Below are positions 60,076-64,000 of a stretch of DNA of 64,000 bases, piece after piece. Source of the DNA: Heteronotia binoei (lineage: Eukaryota); the NCBI RefSeq assembly GCF_032191835.1, contig NC_083234.1:61070001-61134000 (forward strand), read 5' to 3'. A program made the position numbers and the translations under genes. Within the stretch, counting starts at the first letter, position 1. Each line of letters starts with the position of its first letter. The notes under the pieces are model-generated. The model made no database searches. It worked only from the letters and a program-made list of their open reading frames with translations, and was not told the origin of the DNA.

Positions 60076-62197
60076 AAATGATATCCATAAAGCAGCCCTT
60101 GGGTAGACCAACAAGCCAGAAAGATAGCCACAAAAATATGGAATTCTTCAATTCAAAGCCTAGGAAAAGAGAAATGTTTTGGCCTGGCACCAAAAAGATA
60201 GTAAAGTAGGGACTGAGCAAATTTTAAGGGGGAGGGCATTCCACAAGCAAGGTGCCACCACTGAACAGGTTCTGCCTTTGATTGCTACCTGCCTTAGCTC
60301 TGAAGGTGGGGTCAGGAGGTAGAACTGGGTTCAGGAGGTAGATCTTAACGGGTGGGCTGGACTGCAGGCTTTCAAATACAACCCGCCCAGCCACTTAGGA
60401 CCTGAAAGGTAAGAATCACCTCTTTGAATTGTGCCTGGAAACAAATGGAAAATTCCTGGCCATTTGTGGTGGGGGGTGGACTCTGGAGAGGGGAGGGACC
60501 TCCACAGGGTATAATGCCATAGCTGCCATTTTCTCCCAGGGAACCAATCTCAGTTCTGGAGATTATTTGTCATAATGGGAGATCTCCAGACCCCACCTGG
60601 TGGCTGGCAATCCTAGTGTGAGGGGTGTGCATCATGTTGTGGTTCAGATAGTGGAGCCTGAACGTGAAATGAGTAGCAAAAGAGACAAGCTGAAGACAGC
60701 CTTGCTTTGAGATTTATTTACATTATTTATATTGTACCAGACTCTTAATCCTGTTCCCTGGACAGCCCAAGGGGGCTAAAACCTCCAATCAAGGTAACCC
60801 CAGCTTCTTCACAGCAATAGGCTAGAGTGAGTCATGTGGTACTGCCTGGCCCTTGTGTAAGATTCTGGATGAGCTGAGATAATCATGTGAGACTCTAGTG
60901 ATGCCAGCCTCCAGGTGAAACCTGGGGATCCCCAGGAATTACAGCTCATCTACAGACTACAGGGATCAGTCCCTGTAATGGGTGCTTTGGTGGGTGGAAT
61001 CTATGGCATTGTACCACACATAGGTTCCTGTCCTTCCTTGGCTCCTCCCCCAAATCTCCAGGAGCTTCCCAACCTGGAGCTAGCAACCCTATGTGAGGGG
61101 AGGGGGGTCCTTGATTCAAATCTGACTGTTGCCATTAGATGGCCTAAGGCTAGTTCTTCATGGCTTCTGCCCGCTTCCTTTACTGTGGGGATGATGGCCT
61201 GCCTCACAGGGCTGTTGTAAAAATGAGTGAAATGCTGACAGCTCTGTATAAATGTTTAATTATGAGAATAAATGGTATGGCCTCAGCTCCATTTCAGCTG
61301 TATCTGACTGCTTCCTTCCAACATAAATTTTCTTTTCTTTGGTTACCATGTTGTTGTCAAAGCTGTATGTACAAATCTGGCTAAATTCTACAGTCTGCCT
61401 CTTTAATGCCATCTGGGTAAATTTGCATTATTGCTTTTGCATAATCTACATTTTTTTTTGTACAGAAAAGTAGTAATTCTGGGTTCGACTAAGTTCTCTG
61501 AGATTTCAGCTAATGTACTTTTAAGCATATCTTAGCAGCCATAACTTGCTTTTTAAAACAACAAACAGCTGACATTAAGGAGTTAAATTGTGTATCGTTC
61601 ATTGATTCTGCTGGTGCAAAATCTCTGTGTATGGCAGCTAAATGGAACTTCTGTGTTCAGAGATAGTGTGTCTTTGAATATCAGAGCTGTTGCCCTGCTT
61701 CTAGACTTCCGGGAAGCATCTGGATGGCTGTTAGGGGTGAAATAAGTTGGACGAGATGGTCATTTTCTGTGATTCAGCAGGGCTCATTGTAAACAGATGA
61801 ATCTTCTTAATGGTGACTCAGTCTGTGGGCCCATCTTAGCTCAGTGTTGCCTGGCTGCAGAGCCCCAGCGTCTCAAGCAGGGAAAGCTCTCTGCCAGCAG
61901 AGATGACGATAACCGGAGATGCCAGGGGGGTGACATTGAGACTATCAGCATGCAACGCAGGTGCTCTTTCTCTGAGCCACAGGACTCCTCCTGTACAACT
62001 GCAAAATATTATGATCTCCCAGTGTAGCATATAAAGTTGCAAGCACATATAGGCAATAGCAGGCATATGTCATGAGGGAGGATGACTGGCTGATTCTTTG
62101 AGAAGGGGTGGGGTTTTGGCTCCCCTGCAGAGAATGAACAGCTTTTCTGCCTTGTCAATCAGCCACAGGTGGCTGCAAGAAGGACCAGAGAGTCTCC

Positions 62198-62200
<3 letters not shown>

Positions 62201-62229
<29 letters not shown>
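62201..62229 (+). repeat. (AG)n microsatellite
   Basis: Direct reading. Confidence 0.95.
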
Positions 62230-62232
<3 letters not shown>

Positions 62233-63244
62233 GGATCAGACTTCAGCATGCCTGCGTAAGCTGGCTGCTAGATTCCCTTCCATGCTGCTTCTAGTTGCAC
62301 AGCTGTTGCGATCTTCTTTGTCAAAGACCAAGAGCCATGCTGATGGTACAGAGATGGACTCTGGAACTGCGACGGATTTTTTCCTGAATGGGAAAAAGCA
62401 GGGAGAGATTCATCTTCATTCAACAAGGTGAATCTTTTTGGAACAGGCTCCCCTGTGCATGCCAAGATGGAAGGAGCCTCCCCGTGTAGGGCAAAGATGC
62501 CGACAGGGGGATTTACCCCCTGGGGATTGATTTGAAATGGGTTTTGTCTGGAGAACAATGCCAACCCTCAGCGCCAACATGCTGGTGCCCAAGATGACGG
62601 TGAGACGTTATTCCCGGAGAGATGACCTCGCTCAAAAGCTGATGAGGTTAGTGTCTTCTCGGGAGACATGACTGCTGGCTCTGAGTGCTGGGGAGCAGAT
62701 AGTCCGACTCTTTTGTCCTCTCCTTGTTATTTTTGGACTGAGAGGGATGTAGCATTTCAAGACAGAGTTTGCAGGTAGCTTTGTTGGTTCACCGAGAGGG
62801 AAAAACTAAATCCTAAAGCAGACCTACTTAGGGAGCCAGACAGATTTATTGTATGCGGCCATTAGTCATCACAATACAAAGTTACATTTATCATAAAAAG
62901 TGGTCGGACCAAAATAGAAAATAGTCAAATAGAAATACAGAACAGCGAGTTAAGTAAGTTAAAATGCAACAATTACAACCTTAAGTACATTTCTAAAATA
63001 CTAAGATAAGAAGCAGGTTTAAGCTGCTAAAATGTTAAAACGCTGTAATACTGAGATAATAAATAAACTATTAAGTTAAAACCAGTGTGAATCCAATAAG
63101 CAAACTTGTGGTGAATATCATTATACTCTAAAGTGATAGCCAACTAGAGTAAAACCAACTAGTCTGAGGAAACAGTCTTGGCGACCAGTTGTAGTGGTTA
63201 GAGTGTCAGACTAGGATCTGGGTTCAGATCCTCACATTATCTTT

Positions 63245-63741
63245 TGAATAACTTGTTTTTATACCCTGCTTTTCTCTACCCGAAGGAGTCTCAGAGTGGC
63301 TCACAATTGCCTTCCCTTCCTCTCCCCACAACAGACACCCTGTGAGGTAGGTGAGGCTGAGAGAGTTCTGAGAGAACTGTGACTGACTCAAAGTTACCCA
63401 GCTGGCTTCATGTGGAGGAGGAGTGGGGAATCAAACCAGGCTCTCTAGATTAGAGTCCACCACTGTGAAGCATTACAGTGGAGAGCCAGTTTGGTGTAGT
63501 GGTTAAGTGTGCGGACTCTTATCTGGGAGAACAGGGTTTGATTCCCCACTCCTCCACTTGCACCTGCTAGCATGGCCATGGGTCAGCCATAGCTCTGGCA
63601 GAGGTTGTCCTTGAAAGGGCAGCTGCTGTGAGAGCCCTCTCCAGCCCCACCCACTTCATAGGGTGTCTGTTGTGGGGGAGGAAGGTAAAGGAGATTGTGA
63701 GCCACTCTGAGACTCTTCTTCATTACACCATGCTGGCTCTC
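63245..63741 (-). mobile_element. Older Squam3-like SINE interrupted by a younger copy
   Basis: Antisense SINE body resumes as ccatgctggctctc after the insert. Confidence 0.75.
63478..63720 (+). mobile_element. Young Squam3-like SINE nested in the opposite orientation
   Basis: TSD cattaca (63471-63477 and 63721-63727). Confidence 0.85.
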
Positions 63742-64000
63742 CTTTGTGCTCTCTGGGTGACCTGACCTACTTTGCAGAGTTGTTGTGAAATAAAAGAAGG
63801 GATGGAAGAAGGAAAAAATATGGATAAAAATGAACTAGATAAAGATAACACAGTGCTTATAAAAGGCCAAGTGAAATATTAGATAACAAGTTTTTGTTTT
63901 TGTTAGAACTTCAGGGAGGATTCTAAATGCAAATGGGTGTGTGTGAGGTAAATAACTGCAAGTCCAAATTTGCTGTGAGTTGCAGCAAGTAGAAGATGTG

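Noticed and set aside
39056-64000. KCNT1 conserved exon 2 (MSDLDSEV...LPPRYRFRDLLLGD) and Slack-B exon (MARAKL...)
   Set aside because: Not found by reading or in the ORF track; presumed to lie beyond the window.

Overview
Vertebrate (squamate, most likely gecko, judged from its SINE families) genomic DNA, dense in transposons. (1) 5409-22821 (+): last six coding exons of a kelch-repeat gene. The spliced product aligns blade-for-blade with the KLHL20/diablo propeller but is strongly diverged, so it is probably a paralogue. Its BTB/BACK exons are not recognisable in the window. (2) 38290-39060: a CpG island containing the first coding exon of KCNT1 (Slack K+ channel; YTNQTFVFDD matches human YTNRTFEFDD). 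The rest of the window appears to be KCNT1 intron 1, since the conserved LPPRYRFRDLL exon was not found. (3) Repeats: a young RTE-clade LINE with a 5' inversion and 13-bp TSD, BovB/CR1/L2 fragments, Sauria, Squam2-like, Squam3-like and 5S-derived SINEs, many non-autonomous hAT elements with 8-bp TSDs (several nested), a near-perfect Tc1/mariner hairpin, Penelope-like termini and microsatellites. Top leads: the twin-priming structure of the RTE, the remodelled substrate pocket of the KLHL20-like protein, an in-frame chain of unassigned minus-strand exons divergent from KCNT1, extra exon-like segments 3' of the kelch gene and in KCNT1 intron 1, and a MITE family spreading octamer motifs. All splice models were read by eye and are untested.
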